A stretch of 58,470 nt of DNA, counting the filler, from Sphacelaria rigidula (lineage: Eukaryota), in NCBI GenBank assembly GCA_964200075.2. It is 4 parts of 4 records of this genome, joined end to end, with 100 filler letters (N's around TTAATTAATTAA, not from the genome) between each part and the next. Parts side by side here need not be neighbours in the genome. Positions count along the whole stretch, not along the records: positions 14,644 to 29,186 come from CAXNAA020002189.1; positions 29,287 to 43,829 come from CAXNAA020002190.1; 2 more parts are not named here. One strand, 5' to 3'. Positions 26,101-38,443 of the stretch are shown here, piece by piece; position 1 is the first letter of the stretch; each line of letters opens with the position of its first letter. A program made the translations under genes and the position numbers. Below the pieces are notes generated by a model. It did no database searches. It saw only the letters and a list, made by a program, of their open reading frames with translations, and had not been told where the DNA came from.

Positions 26101-26420
26101 ACGATGCTAGTACAAGGACTCGTACCGTGTCAACAATCATCACGGTCGGTCGACACGGATTATGCAGCGCCGTGGGCTTGTTCCCTCGCATTTGACTCGG
26201 GATGGCAAGCGTCTCCTGAAGATCGGCGGTTTTCGCTTTGTCCAACTCACCACCGCCACAAAAAGCCAACCTGTGATGATGGCATGCAGAGACATTGTTG
26301 GGCATTTTCTCAACAAACAAGGTTCGCGGTCGAGCACAAGTACTTTTTGGAAAGGGAAATACAAATGTGTGTCGCCTGTGAAAGGCGCAGGAGGGCCACC
26401 GATGCCCTCTTCGGTGGTAC
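23150..26420 (-). mobile_element. Heavily decayed Ty3/gypsy-type pol remnant; integrase clearest
   Basis: ORF 23151-23843 has ISDRGTHL...HHHTVYGIHPS...TNGVSTER, resembling integrase ISDRGxxF / HPQTNGxxER; only weak RT-like traces near 26050-26220; boundaries approximate. Confidence 0.5.
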
Positions 26421-26539
26421 ATTTTGTGGCATTATGTGTGTAACTTTCCTCGATTGTTTCATACACCCGTTTCATCACGCCGTCGGTTGGGCAGTCCACA
26501 GAGCATCTTTGACGGACATTCATCCACATCCAGTTTGTC

Positions 26540-26692
26540 GTTATGTTCGACCTTTTTTCTGTTCCTTCTTTTCCCGAGCGAGTGTCTGAGTTTTTCTTTT
26601 CTTGGGTACGTCTATGATGCGACCACGGCTGGACCCATGGGTGGTCAGTTAAAGTGCGACACTTAATCAATCAATCAACCAACCAACCAAAT
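26540..26692 (+). mobile_element. LINE 3' tail fragment
   Basis: ...GACCACGGCTGG...GTGCGACACTTAATCAATCAATCAACC tail. Confidence 0.55.
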
Positions 26693-27489
26693 CCACAAAC
26701 AGGGCGCGACGAGCCATTCTTATTGCGACAAACGCAAGTCAGCTACGTAGCAGTTGACTCACTCATCACTTGAGCTGCGTGGGGGGTCACGGGACTCATG
26801 GGAAAAGGGCCCATCCAAATCATACGAACATCATGGTTCTCGGAAGAAGTATCAACGTGTGAGGAGGTGACGCATGATGCCTTATCATCAGACCGAAGGC
26901 AACACACCTTGGTATGTACTTGCGCGCCGAGATGTGGCCGTTCGCAGGACCAAGCTCAGCCTCTGGATGTCGATCTCGAAACGTATGGTCATTTACGGAT
27001 GGCTGTGGCTCCCGAACCCAATTACCGATATCACCTGTAGCATGAGTGACCCACGCACGGCACCTGCTCCGGCATGAGTCTACCATCTCTTCCCTGGTGG
27101 TCGGCAAAATGACGAACAGTGAGGAACAAAACGAAAGAGTGCATAAATACACTGCTGCTCCTGCGAGCAATATACTGGCTTGGAATCATGACTACTCGTG
27201 TCAATATTCTACGAGGTAGTATCCACAACCCTCCCCCGCCTCCTCCCATGAGCCTCTTCGTGCAGTCAATGGTGGTCGTTTTCGCCGCTTAGTGGTGAGG
27301 ATATTTCACCATTTGGTTTCGCATATATCTTGCGTGTGTTGGATTGGTTAGCCGACCATCTCCACAGAAGACTGATTCGTGAGTTTGTCAGCTCTGCTTG
27401 CTGATCCCCCATTCGTTTTTCGATCTCCCAACATTATTACGATTTGCTTTCCATGTCGACTTAATTTTGAGGGTTACTTTCATTAGTCG

Positions 27490-27570
27490 GGCTGGTTGGG
27501 GCCGGGACTCAAACCCGGAACCGTCGATTCGATAAGCCAACATAGCTATCTCAAGGTAGCACCAATGTGA
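27490..27570 (-). mobile_element. Possible tRNA-like SINE head of a different family
   Basis: Minus strand has B-box-like GGGTTTGAGTCCCGG; A-box weak. Confidence 0.4.
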
Positions 27571-28283
27571 AAATGCATTCCGTTCCCGACAGAAAGTCGC
27601 GGGAAAATTTCCCTTTTCAAGGGTAGCATTTACAATACAGTTCCGATTAATGACACACCATTCCCACCACTTTAATGCTCTTCTGTCTACTTCGCCGAGG
27701 TAAAGTTGATGCTCGCTGTACATGAAGAGAGGATATGTATCCTGTGGGAGCAAATGAGCGTCGACCAGTGAAAGCTGCTGAGTAGTGAGCATGGGTCTTG
27801 GCCGATGGACTACAAGAACTTTCGTCCGCCAACAGAAATATGACATGTATTGATCACTCTTACGAGTGATGAAGTGTATCAACCTTTTCATGGATACCCC
27901 CAGACAATGCCTCGAGGTAATCACCGGCGCCCACAATCGACCACAGACCGCACACCCTGCCCATAGTGACCCATAAGCCGGCAAAATCAACTTTGAGTAA
28001 CAATGGTTGCCCGCGGATCGTACCCCATAGGTGACCACGGCCGTGGGGCAGCACTATACGACGTGCACGGATGGGCGGTGACGGGTCCACCCACGGGTCT
28101 ACATATGCGGTCGCGCCCAGAAGGTAATGGGTAGATGAAAAACAAAATACTCCGGAAAAGGAGATGAAGTAACTGCTATGTGCCACAAGAGGGTATCACA
28201 GGCGACTGGAAACCAACCGCGTCCTCGGAGTGTAGACGGTCCGTTTGAGTGGGCCGAGGGGGGGAGGTTGACGGATGGAGAGA

Positions 28284-28584
28284 GGGATACTCATGATTTT
28301 GCACGCCGTAGTCATAAGACCATTCACCTCGCATCCCTACACGGTCAGGACGGAGCACGCCAGGCTTTCGCCGGACCAGGCTTGCAATCACAAAGCGCGA
28401 AGCGCAGTGATGTGTTTGGCGAATCGCGTGAAGGGTGAGCTGCATCCTGTTGAGATTGTTCGGCCCGAAGCGTACTGGTTACCTTGAATATGGAGGACAG
28501 CCTGTAGGGAGTTGCTTCATTTTCTGGTAACGCCACTTCCAGAGACAGTCACGGGTTACACACTGCCTCATGGGTGTCTCACCA
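28284..28584 (+). mobile_element. Repeat family B, apparently full length (about 300 bp)
   Basis: Contains both the 5' part (seen at 10525, 29287, 37342) and the 3' part (seen at 14644). Confidence 0.75.
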
Positions 28585-28739
28585 TATATTTCAACACTAC
28601 GTGGTACGATCATCCCCTGATCGCGGAGTTCGGGTTCTCCACCTCGCACAATACGATCTAGCTCGACCACCATCATGGTTATCGCAATAAAAACACAAGC
28701 GAAAAGAAAGATAACCTGGTTGCCTGACTTACGCAGTGA

Positions 28740-29172
28740 GTGGCTTGTTTACAGCGTCGCTACCAGCCGACGTCAACCCTGATGAGGGATAGAGGGGGTG
28801 GGGGGAGTATGTTAACTTGCCATTGTATCGAAAACCCAGTTCCTGCGTTCTACCGCCGCCTTATAATGTCACTTTAGTGTGGGAAAAAATGCTCAAAGTG
28901 GCAATTGGGTGGTGAACTATGTAAGCTTTACAGTCGTTCAACAATGGAGGTGCTCAAAATCACCATTTTTTCAGACAGGTGGGCACTAAGGCGCTTCCCC
29001 TGATACTGCAAAACAACCAACCTTGAAAGTAGACAATGCACTGATAGAGTAGGCAGGGTGGGGGCGATGGTGTCAAATCCCTCGCCCCCCCCCCCCCATC
29101 GTTAAGCCCTCCTTCTCACCTCTAGACTCTTGGGTTGGCGTCGAGTGGCAATGGCGCTGTAAAACAAGCCAC
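28740..29172. mobile_element. MITE, about 430 bp
   Basis: Imperfect TIRs GTGGCTTGTTTACAGCG...GACGTCAACCC / GGGTTGGCGTC...CGCTGTAAAACAAGCCAC. Confidence 0.68.
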
Positions 29173-29186
29173 CAAAACCTAGACAA

Positions 29187-29286
29187 NNNNNNNNNNNNNN
29201 NNNNNNNNNNNNNNNNNNNNNNNNNNNNNNTTAATTAATTAANNNNNNNNNNNNNNNNNNNNNNNNNNNNNNNNNNNNNNNNNNNN
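29187..29286. other. Artificial scaffold spacer
   Basis: Same N44-TTAATTAATTAA-N44 structure. Confidence 0.97.
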
Positions 29287-29812
29287 TGCTCCGTCCCGGC
29301 ATTGTAGGGATGCCAGGTCAACGGTCTCATGACTATGGCATGCATTATCATGAGTACACCCCCAGGGGCCTCCTCATTGGTAGTGCTGGAAGTCCGGTCA
29401 ACGAAGGGTTTAATTGGATATCTACAACTATAATAGTCAGCGGAATTCCAAGACGTGTGGCTGCCATGAGGATGAGTGACTGCGATATGGTGCGCAACGA
29501 TCGTCAAGTAACCGTCAACAACGTCATAACATTACCGAAACAACGCCTGGATACGCCACACACGACCGCAGGCACAGAACCCCATGGGCCACACGTGAAT
29601 CTTGCTCGGCAGTGTGCGCTATCCTCCCACATAATTAATCGCGAAAAATATAAACCGAACCCAAAGGATATGGGGGTCCACACCTTCGAATGCCTCTAAC
29701 GGCCGGCCAGGCACAACACTCCCACAAGGATAAAATGATTCCACAAGAGTAAAAATCGTGCAGATCGTGGTATAATACATTTTTTCATAGGTTAACCTCT
29801 GACAGCTCGCAC

Positions 29813-29993
29813 CTTGCTAGCAGTGCGAGTCCGCGTGCGAAATAAGCGACGCGGTCTACTTCCTCTCCGCTACCGCTCCTGCCGTCACCGCTGCCGCCAT
29901 CACCGTAACTTCCGCTCGCCTCATCGTCGTCCTCGAGCAATGGTCGGTACGCTTCCAGGGCGTGCAGGAGGAACGACAAAAACCACTCTGGTC
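29813..29993 (-). CDS. RINT1: RINT1/TIP20-family exon: RPEWFLSFLLHALEAYRPLL...VAYFARGLALLAR
   Basis: CAG acceptor in phase 1, AG|GTGCGA donor; completes the RF-x-FHF...TN...PEW signature; gene runs off the contig. Confidence 0.88.
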
Positions 29994-30165
29994 CTGATGA
30001 CGAGAAGATGCCACGGTGGAACACGACTGTGTTAAAACCAGGCTTACCATAAAGATGTTGACACGACCCAGCAAAACGCAAAATGGGGACAACAGCGATG
30101 AGCAAGCAACCTGATGGCAGTAGATACATAAAGACGCGTGTGCCGCAGCGTCCCCCAAAACTCAC

Positions 30166-30457
30166 TGTCTGTTCGGTTTGTCGGTCGCTCCTCCTCGAAA
30201 TGAAACCGGAACCGCGTTGCCACGGGCTCGAGCAGGCAATCCAGCGCCCACACCACCCCACCGCTCCACACGAGAGGCCCTCTCCCCTCTCCTGGTGACG
30301 ACTCTTTCCCCGAGGGGTGTTTCCGTTCTCCCACAGAATCAGCGCCCGTGTCGGCTGCTGCTACCGCGCCCGCTGTTCCCACAGCCGAGGCGGCGTTGGG
30401 ACAAGCTTCTCTCGTGGAAGCACCGAATTGGAGTTGAAATAGGCGCCTCACCGCCGC
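30166..30457 (-). CDS. RINT1: RINT1/TIP20-family exon: AAVRRLFQLQ...WALDCLLEPVATRFRFHFEEERPTNRTD
   Basis: TAG acceptor after polypyrimidine tract, A|GTGAGT donor; family signature. Confidence 0.88.
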
Positions 30458-30569
30458 CTACATGAAAGCGAAGGAAGGGTAGAGCGGTTGGTTGGGATAC
30501 AACATTGTGTGGATGCTACGGTGGTATTGAATCACGCTTCTGTCCTGCCGTTGTTGTGTATTTATTCCT

Positions 30570-30666
30570 GCTTGACGTGGTCGGCAGCCGCGGAGAGCCG
30601 AGAGCTCCGAGAGACAGCTCCCGGCCGCTAGCCGCCGAAACGAACTCAACGATGCCGCTCAGTCTC
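30570..30666 (-). CDS. RINT1: Possible small RINT1 exon (RLSGIVEFVSAASGRELSLG...); donor unresolved
   Basis: TCGCAG acceptor and GC-rich composition, but no clean GT donor. Confidence 0.4.
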
Positions 30667-30825
30667 TGCGAATGACGCATGATCGACGGGGATGCATCAA
30701 CGCGTGCAATCAATATCTTTACAGAACGGTACTCGTAGGCGAACGTGTCCATCCCCGACAGTGCCAGCAGGTTTTGGTGAAAGGCAAAGCAGATCCTCCC
30801 AGGACATAGGCCGTACACGCATTTG

Positions 30826-31256
30826 CCTCCAGTCCTTGCCAACTCTCCGCGCAGAGTATCCTCTCTCACCTTCACTCGGGCAACAGCACGTTCTTTTGTC
30901 TCGTCATCCACCTCCCCGCCCCGCTCCTGTCCCCTCTCACCCAGTATTGCCGCTGCTCCGCTCGCCGCACCCAGTCCCGCTACTCCACCACTACTGCTAG
31001 CACTGCTTGTCCACCCTCCACCGCTAGGTCCCAGCGGATCTGCCTCCCGTAGCGCACTCGCAAGCTCCATCGCGAAATCGGCGCGCAGGCGCTGAATAAG
31101 CCATTCTAAACGGCCACGCGTAACTTTCTCCAGTTCGATGGCAACAGAAGACGGCGACGAGACTCCAGTAGCCCCAGTCCCCGCCGATGACAAGTCGCGT
31201 GAATTGCCGGATCGGCCGAAATAGTCGCGCAAGAGACTACGGAGAGCTTCGACGGA
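30826..31256 (-). CDS. RINT1: RINT1 exon: SVEALRSLLRDYFG...LEWLIQRLRADFAMELASALRE...LRGELART; 3' end uncertain
   Basis: TTTCGCAG acceptor in phase 0 matches the upstream donor; candidate donor GAG|GCAAAT is GC-type. Confidence 0.75.
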
Positions 31257-31484
31257 CTGCGAAACAGACACAGGTCGGATGGGCCGGAAATTACGGGAAA
31301 CCGTCGACAGGGGGGTTGTTTTCATGTGCGATAGGGGTTTTGTTGGTAGCTTACCCGAGCTGAAGGGTAAACAGTGGACATGAATGTGAGCAAGCATTGG
31401 TGAGTGATGGCTGTGGTAGTACGATGAGGATGTTCAGTACTCGTGTACTCTTGAATTCCGTTTCAACCCTTTGTGGACCCTCCC

Positions 31485-32110
31485 CTTCCGTCCGCGGGTC
31501 AGACGCCTCGTTATTTCAAGCCCTTACAGAGAAGGATGGGAACAGAAAAGACCGACCGCAACGATTTTGACGGCAGAAGGCTACAGAAGACTCCACCATC
31601 ATGCGTCGTGTGCGAACCAAAGATGCCACCCCGGTGCGGTCGGATTAGTTTTGTCCGATGAGGGGACGCAACGGGTCAAGTGTGTTCAACTTTGTGCACA
31701 CAGCCAAAATTAGCACTCGCGTGCCTGAACTCTATAGAAACAAAAAATCGGCACCGTTGGTCTATTTCCCACATACAACGTCCCGTACTCAAATTGGGCG
31801 CAGTCCTATACGAGTGACGCACCGCATTGCTGGGCTGCATTCCGGAGGTGGTGCCCGTCCAGCACTTGCTAAGCGTACAAAGCCGAACCCTACACACACA
31901 ATCGTATGGCCGAGCACACGGCAACACAGGTGGAGGTGCCGGTTTGGCTTCGCCACAGTCAAAGAGAGGCAACCCTCCTTTTCCCCACTTTTCACGGTCG
32001 TCGATCTGAAGAACACGCCTTGGGCAAATAGTCTTGCGTGAAAACGGTGAAAAAACACAAACAACCATACGCCGTTCACAAAACAGCACCTCGAAATCTA
32101 CTCTGTTTTT
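31485..32110 (+). mobile_element. Repeat family D, uninterrupted copy inside a RINT1 intron
   Basis: Collinear with 54625-54664, 55441-55708 and 55971-56290. Confidence 0.75.
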
Positions 32111-33088
32111 ATCGCGAGTGCCAAAAGTGTTGAACTGCATATGCCGGAGCAGGGGACGCAAAAACTGCGCCGTACGTACGATCTTCGTGTGCTACGGGAA
32201 AACTTCAGAGCGTACATACATGGCCATATTTCAAGCTTCGTGCTCGTGAGCAACAGTATTTCTCCCTCTTGCCGACAGTCCAAACCGCACGTATTCCAAA
32301 TGTGGAGCGGGTTGTCACCAAGTATGGGGTCACCATCTCTTTCGATATACACTTCCACCACTGCATGCGCTGGCGGAAATCATTCCGTTTTTGAGGCACA
32401 TTCTTGTTTGACCCTCGGGGGTCCGACGCCTCAGGGATCCAAACCTATGTCGATAGAAAACTCCCTCGGAAGGCTCCCCAACGCAGACGTCTCTGCAATC
32501 GTACACTTTTTGGATAAAGGCTCCAAAACGCGAAAAGTTATAGGAATATGACGTATTTTTGCAGTTATCGCTACACTAACGACGAAGTTACACGCCGTAC
32601 CGGCATTGGCGAGGAGCCTGTGACTGCCGATCTCGATCAATCCCTGGCTTATGCCGTGAATCGATGGGCCATAAGGTTTTACAAAACCTAAGGAAAGGGG
32701 AAGTCCGGTTCTGCTTGACCACATATTATTTCTTTAATTTCCAACACAAACGTACTTTTTTTGCGGTAGAACCAACACAACGGGCTCAACACGTATGTTG
32801 GGTGACAGTGATATCGTGATCCAAACACATGGACAGAATATCCTGTGATATGCAAACAAACGATCAACCTCTCTGCCGTACTAATTCCTTGCCTACAGCT
32901 CTGCAGACCGCGCGCTTGGTGCATCTAGCTCGAAATCCGCACGGGAATTTCTCCAACCTGCGGGTTACTGTTTTCAACCCCCGAACGAAAACAATCCGAT
33001 TTCTTGTACAAAACTTCCAGCTCGACCAAGCAAATCATTGACGGCATTACACGCACGCGGTACCACCTTCAACACTACCGCGCCGCAC

Positions 33089-33345
33089 CTTCAAGGCTGC
33101 CTCTGCCCCCTTTCCCCGCCTGCTCTCCGCTGTTCCCGATCGCACAGCGGCTCCAGCTTGCTCCGATACAGCCAAGACTTGCATGGCCGAACGCATGCGG
33201 CTTTTGTGCTGCAGAAGGGATTTGTACCGCGCTGCTAGCACGTTAGCCTCTTCGGTCGCTTGCATGGCTGCTTTCGCGCTCTTTTTTCCTGCAGCGGCGG
33301 CGCCACCTGGCTGAGGCTCACCCGTTGCTGAGTCCGAGGAATAGG
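33089..33345 (-). CDS. RINT1: RINT1 exon 3: AYSSDSATGE...MQATEEANVLAARYKSLLQHK...AEAALK
   Basis: TTTTTCCTACAG acceptor in phase 1, AAG|GTGCGG donor in phase 0. Confidence 0.78.
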
Positions 33346-33861
33346 CTGTAGGAAAAAGCGAACGGCAGTCATCAGACGATTATAGTGAACAGGGACAGTC
33401 AATGTTGATGTGTGGGACACAGATGTAAACCGCGGAACACGTCTCGGGCGGGGGATAGCACGCTACGAGTTCCAAAGATATGGCGATGTATCATCACTTG
33501 ATATGCTCAGTCTTGCAAAATCTCGGACGCAAAAGGGTACATTATATTCGGATAAATAGGTACATCCTTGACCACCGGCCACCCGAGGGCACAGGCGCAG
33601 AAAAACGCGTGTGCACGCAAAGCGCTCGCGCTTTAAGACCGTGATTTTTTGCAACGAAGAGCCTTTAACTGCACGTGTAGACCGGATGGATGGAAAGGCC
33701 ATCGCTACCGCTGTGGAGCATTGATATAATCGTTTCGCTCACTGGATCGCAATTCGACCTACTACGAGCAGGTCAGAAGCTCGCCCCAGCAGAAATGTGC
33801 GCCCCGCCGTCGTCTTCTTGTCATAGTAACTCCTGGGGTCGCCTCTGTATCATTCTCTCAC

Positions 33862-34092
33862 CGGCTAGGTCGCGCTCAAGCCCGGCGCATTTATCACTGA
33901 GACTCGCGAACTCCTTCAGCTGGTGTTGAGAACGTTCCCGTGCCTTCTCTGTTGTTTCCGCGGCGGATGACTGTGCCCTAGACAGGCGCCTGGTGAGGTC
34001 GGCATACAGGTCTCTGTACTGTCCGAGGAGAGGGCGGGCGGCCGCGACGGTCTGTGACACACCCCTTGATGCTGCTCGCTCTTGCTCCTCGC
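33862..34092 (-). CDS. RINT1: RINT1 exon 2, coiled-coil-like: GEEQERAASRG...LYADLTRRLSRAQ...GLERDLA
   Basis: CCAG acceptor, G|GTGAGA donor, phase 1 at both ends, 231 bp. Confidence 0.78.
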
Positions 34093-34766
34093 CTGGCCGT
34101 GGGTTCAACATGTAGAGGACGGGAAGCGAGGTACATTGCTGTGCCGTAAGGTTTGTGTCTTATGCTTGACAGAAGAAAATGTTTGCCAAGTAAAATTGTA
34201 GACAATGTTTTTGCACAGTAAACGCTTTTGAGTCTTTATCGAAAGCATTTTTTCAAGGGTATGTTTTGCGGTAGGGTAAAAAACACACGGGTATTTACTC
34301 TCACGAGTTTTGTGTTGCGATGGCCCAATCTCCAAAATATACCCAAAATATTGTGTAGGTTTTGGTACGATTGCAATACTTTACCCAACACCCAGTTATT
34401 GTTGAGTACGATTTCATAACTCCACCCGAGCTTCGGGTACTCAACTATTAGACCGCGAGGGTAGGTCACCTGCTGAATCGGCATCAATTTTCACTTGAAA
34501 AAGTATGCGTGATCCAGATGGACTACCTGCACCGTGGTCTAAGGGTTCAAGAGTACGATTCTTCAAAATACCCAAACGTGCGACATACCTTACCCAACAA
34601 ACCCTTGCATTATTTTAGCCCAGTTCCGGGTCAGATCTGCACAGGTTCAAGGATGCGGTAGTGTTTGCAGTAGTCCTTTGCCCGAAATCGCCGTACTGGT
34701 ACAAAAAAAACGCGAAAGGTAAATACAACACCGACGAACTAAGCCCACAAACACACCCGCACGGAC

Positions 34767-34833
34767 CCGTGTCACAAACGCTCCTTAGCTCCACTAGCTC
34801 ATGCTCAACAACACATTGCACAGCAGTTTTCAT
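34767..34833 (-). CDS. RINT1: Probable RINT1 first exon: MKTAVQCVVEHELVELRSVCDT
   Basis: ATG start, G|GTCCGT donor in phase 1, compatible with exon 2. Confidence 0.5.
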
Positions 34834-36504
34834 TTAAAGGAAGTCCGGAAGGTATACTGAAGGGAGGGCAGCCGCGTGCGCGTCATTTCACCACCGAAAA
34901 CATGTAGCTGAGCCCTCGTGAAGGTGTTTTAAGCGCGCGTCTGACACAAACGATCGTCGACCAAAGCCAAGCAGCACGTACGCTTACTGATCAACAGCTA
35001 CGGCTCGAGCTGTGTGCTTTCATTGCAGTCCGGGGTATTGGGATTCCTAAGCCTACATGCGCTTGTGTTGGGTTGCGTGTCACACCTTTCCATGCCCTCC
35101 CGCGGTTGCTGCATGGAACAAATTGGTTGACTGTTCAGGCAAACCGTTTTTTTTCTTGGTGACATATTTGGGGGGGGGGGGGGGGGGGGGGGGGGTGGTA
35201 TCGCACAGACCAATGAGAACGCGTGAGTAGCGAACACATCGAGGAGAAGTGATTTTCTGGCCTCGATGAAACACGGCCTAACCCCTGCACGTCCTACGCT
35301 ATCGTGATTGGGTGTGCCGGTCATCTACACCAGCGGCAACCCTCCGTCGCGCGCATGTACAAAGGACCCGAAGAGGCTCAACACAAGCTACGACACATAT
35401 CTGTACGAGGCACACGAGCCGCGGTGCCCACGATTATTCCTGTGATACGTTCACCATATTGTTTGTACAGGCTACCCAGCAGCAAGACCAGGGCCGTGTT
35501 GGGCTCGATGATAGTATGGTCAAGTACGCGCTGCATGGTGGCCGTGGTCTCCGAGGACAACGACATGTTGTCTGTAGTACAGTTACGGGAGTGAATGAGG
35601 GTCATAACGACGAGAAAAACATGTGGGAAAAAAACAAAAATGCGGAGGAATGATAAACACGTCATCAGCTGTTCCGACTTGTTCCGAGTATGACACACGC
35701 TTCATGCGTAATTAACTTGGTTTAGCACGCGACAGCTGTAGCACTTCCATCCCCTTTTTCTCGACACAGGGAGCAAGCCGGTCTGTAGCACTTCACAGCC
35801 CCTCGCACACACACAAAAGCTAGAGGATCAAGCAACGGATTTTCTGCAATCGCCACAGCGGACTCAAAAAGCCCAAAACACTGAAAAACAAGAAGAGAAT
35901 ATTTGAAGTACATTTTGGTTTGGTGCGGCGTCTGTTTCACGCATCAAGGGAATTGCTGGCTCGGTTCCCTTGTTTGGGTGTGTGGCAAGCACGCGCAAGA
36001 AATGCAGCCCAATCCTCGGCGTTGCTGCTGAGAAATCCGCGGTGAAAGATTGGCACAACAACATAGTGCAACAACAGCGGTATGCCAACAACACGAGCAG
36101 CAGCTTCTACCCTCCTGTTGCTGTGACCCTGTGTACAGATGTACATCAAAGTCAGCAACAGGCTTGTTTAAGAGAATGCGCTATAAATATAGTACATTTC
36201 ATATGGGTCAGGTCGTTATTTCGAGATGGCGCGTGTACTTGTGACTGATATTGATTGGCTCCCCCAAGCTTCATTTCTTCCGTAGACAGGTGTCGACGCA
36301 CTCTTTTCCGCAATATAGTGCCCAAAACTGACCCCCTCTTACCCCCTGCGGCACGCATGGCACCCTATTACGGGGGAACCTTGTTAGTGTTATCCGTGTT
36401 GTCTTGTCGTCCCATCTATTCTGGACGCCGGTCTCCACCTTTGGGTATATGTGGGCGCACCGGCCGGGGTCACACAGGAGGAAGGCCAACACAGACGTTT
36501 TTTC

Positions 36505-38443
36505 CAGGGGTACACACGTTACACGTTCACATTCACGTTACGTTCATCACGTTTGCAAAATTTAACGTTCACGCTACGTTTCGTTTTGCACGTTGAAAGA
36601 AAATACCGTTACGTTAACTTTTTATTTGAATATTTAACGTTACGTTCATCACCTTGAAAAAATATAACGCTATGTTTCGTTACATGTAACGTAAAATGAA
36701 ACGTTTCATGGAACGTGTAACGTCCCATATAACGTTTCGTTAGCACGTGCAACATTCGCATGCAACGTTTTATTCAGTGCATATCGCGGCTCATTTACCA
36801 GTGTTGAAGGCGTTGTAACGTGTCGTGTAATGCGTGACGTTACCGTGTACGTGACGCTGACGATGGTCGTCGTATGTTTGAGCGTAGGCGTATTATGTGA
36901 TTGTGTATCGTAACTTTCTCTACAGTGCACGGCGTATCGTTCATTCGCCTTTGACCGTTATGTTTTCATAACTTCTCTTTTCTTTTTATCTTCTTATTTT
37001 CAATTTTCAAGTTGCAAATGCTTGGTCATTCGCACGACAGCACATACTGTACACACAACAGATCGTGAGCATGATTGAACCCCGGCTTGAGTCGTCCCGG
37101 CATTTCGCAGACAAAACTATATCGGGCACCCTTGGTTCTATATGCGCATACATGTATACATGGACAAATAATATAGTTCATCACGGCCGTCAAAGGCAGG
37201 CGTGCGTATGTATGTATGTATGTATGTATGTATGTATGTATGTATGTATGTATGTATGTATGTATGTATGTATGTATGACAGGTTTACACCGCGGTCCAG
37301 GCAATCAATGTTATCTAGCAGAAAAAATATATCCTCCCATGTGGGGTGTACTCATGATCATACATGCCATAGTCATAAGACCATGTGGGGAGTAATAAAA
37401 ATCCACCCACACCATTTATTATGACCGATCTTACGTCGTTTTTCTTCAGTTCGGGAGCCCACCTTTTTTAATCTGAGACGGTAACGGGTGTTTGCAAAAA
37501 GTAGAGCCTGCACACGTACTGTAATGCAGGCAGGAGTCATATTCTCTACAGCTGCATGTACTACCATATACGTGCATCTGCATGCAGCCTTGAACCTTAC
37601 AGTCAAGACGGTGTAGGACTGAAGACATTGCCAGTATCACCGCTGCCGAACGCGAGCCTGCCTCCCGTCGTCGCGAACAAATGATTGACCACCTCGCACC
37701 ATAATAAATACTGTGTATGCAAAGTACAACAACCACCTCTTACTGTTATGTTCGCAACTACAGCCTGTACTTGTAACCTTGCACTGCAAAACTGTGTTCG
37801 CGAGTACAGCTGTGTTCGCGAGTACGTCCTGTACATGTAACCTTGCATTAGCGTGCGTGCAGAGTACGGCCTGTAGTCGGAAATACAGTATGATAGTAGC
37901 CTACGTCTGTGACCACGGGTTCGCGAGATCGGACTAATGTGCGGAAATAATCATAATAATACAAGTACAAGGTTACAGATACAGCCTGCACTTGTACTGT
38001 GTTTGCAAAGTACAGCCTACACTTGTAACGTCGGACTGTTAGAAAAATACACGGCCTTTACTTGTACCGGTGTATAGTAGTTACTTTGTCTTCGAGGATT
38101 TCAAAATTCTTTGCAAACTTGATATGTGCACCGCTTCATGTAACGTGTTTACGTCATTTAATGTAAGATGTAACGTCTAATGCACGTGTAACGTGTAATG
38201 AACGTTACACTTTCCATGAAACATTTCATATTACATGTTTTGAACGTTTGGGCAATTTAACGTTCACGTTACGTTTCGTTTGGCACGTTAAAAAAGTTAA
38301 CGTTACGTTAACGCTTTACTTGAAAATTTAGCGTTACGTTCACGTTATGCTCACGTGAACAAAAAAAACATGTTACGTTTCGGCCAGAACGTGACGTGAA
38401 CGTAACGTATAACGTTGCGGCACGTGTAACGTCTATACCCCTG
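36505..38443. mobile_element. Non-autonomous hAT-like element, 1,939 bp
   Basis: TIRs CAGGGGTACACACGTTACACG / CGTGTAACGTCTATACCCCTG; dense AACGT/ACGTT subterminal motifs; imperfect 8-bp TSD GTTTTTTC/TTTCTTTC. Confidence 0.85.
37207..37278. repeat. (TATG)18 microsatellite
   Basis: Perfect tetranucleotide run. Confidence 0.97.

Noticed and set aside
27064..27093. 30-nt micro-exon continuing RINT1 (REEMVDSCRSR)
   Set aside because: Phase fits, but it lies on a different contig and shows no recognisable RINT1 similarity.
30516..31397. Single 293-aa intronless ORF
   Set aside because: Its N-terminal part is intron upstream of a clear acceptor; the core is a RINT1 exon.
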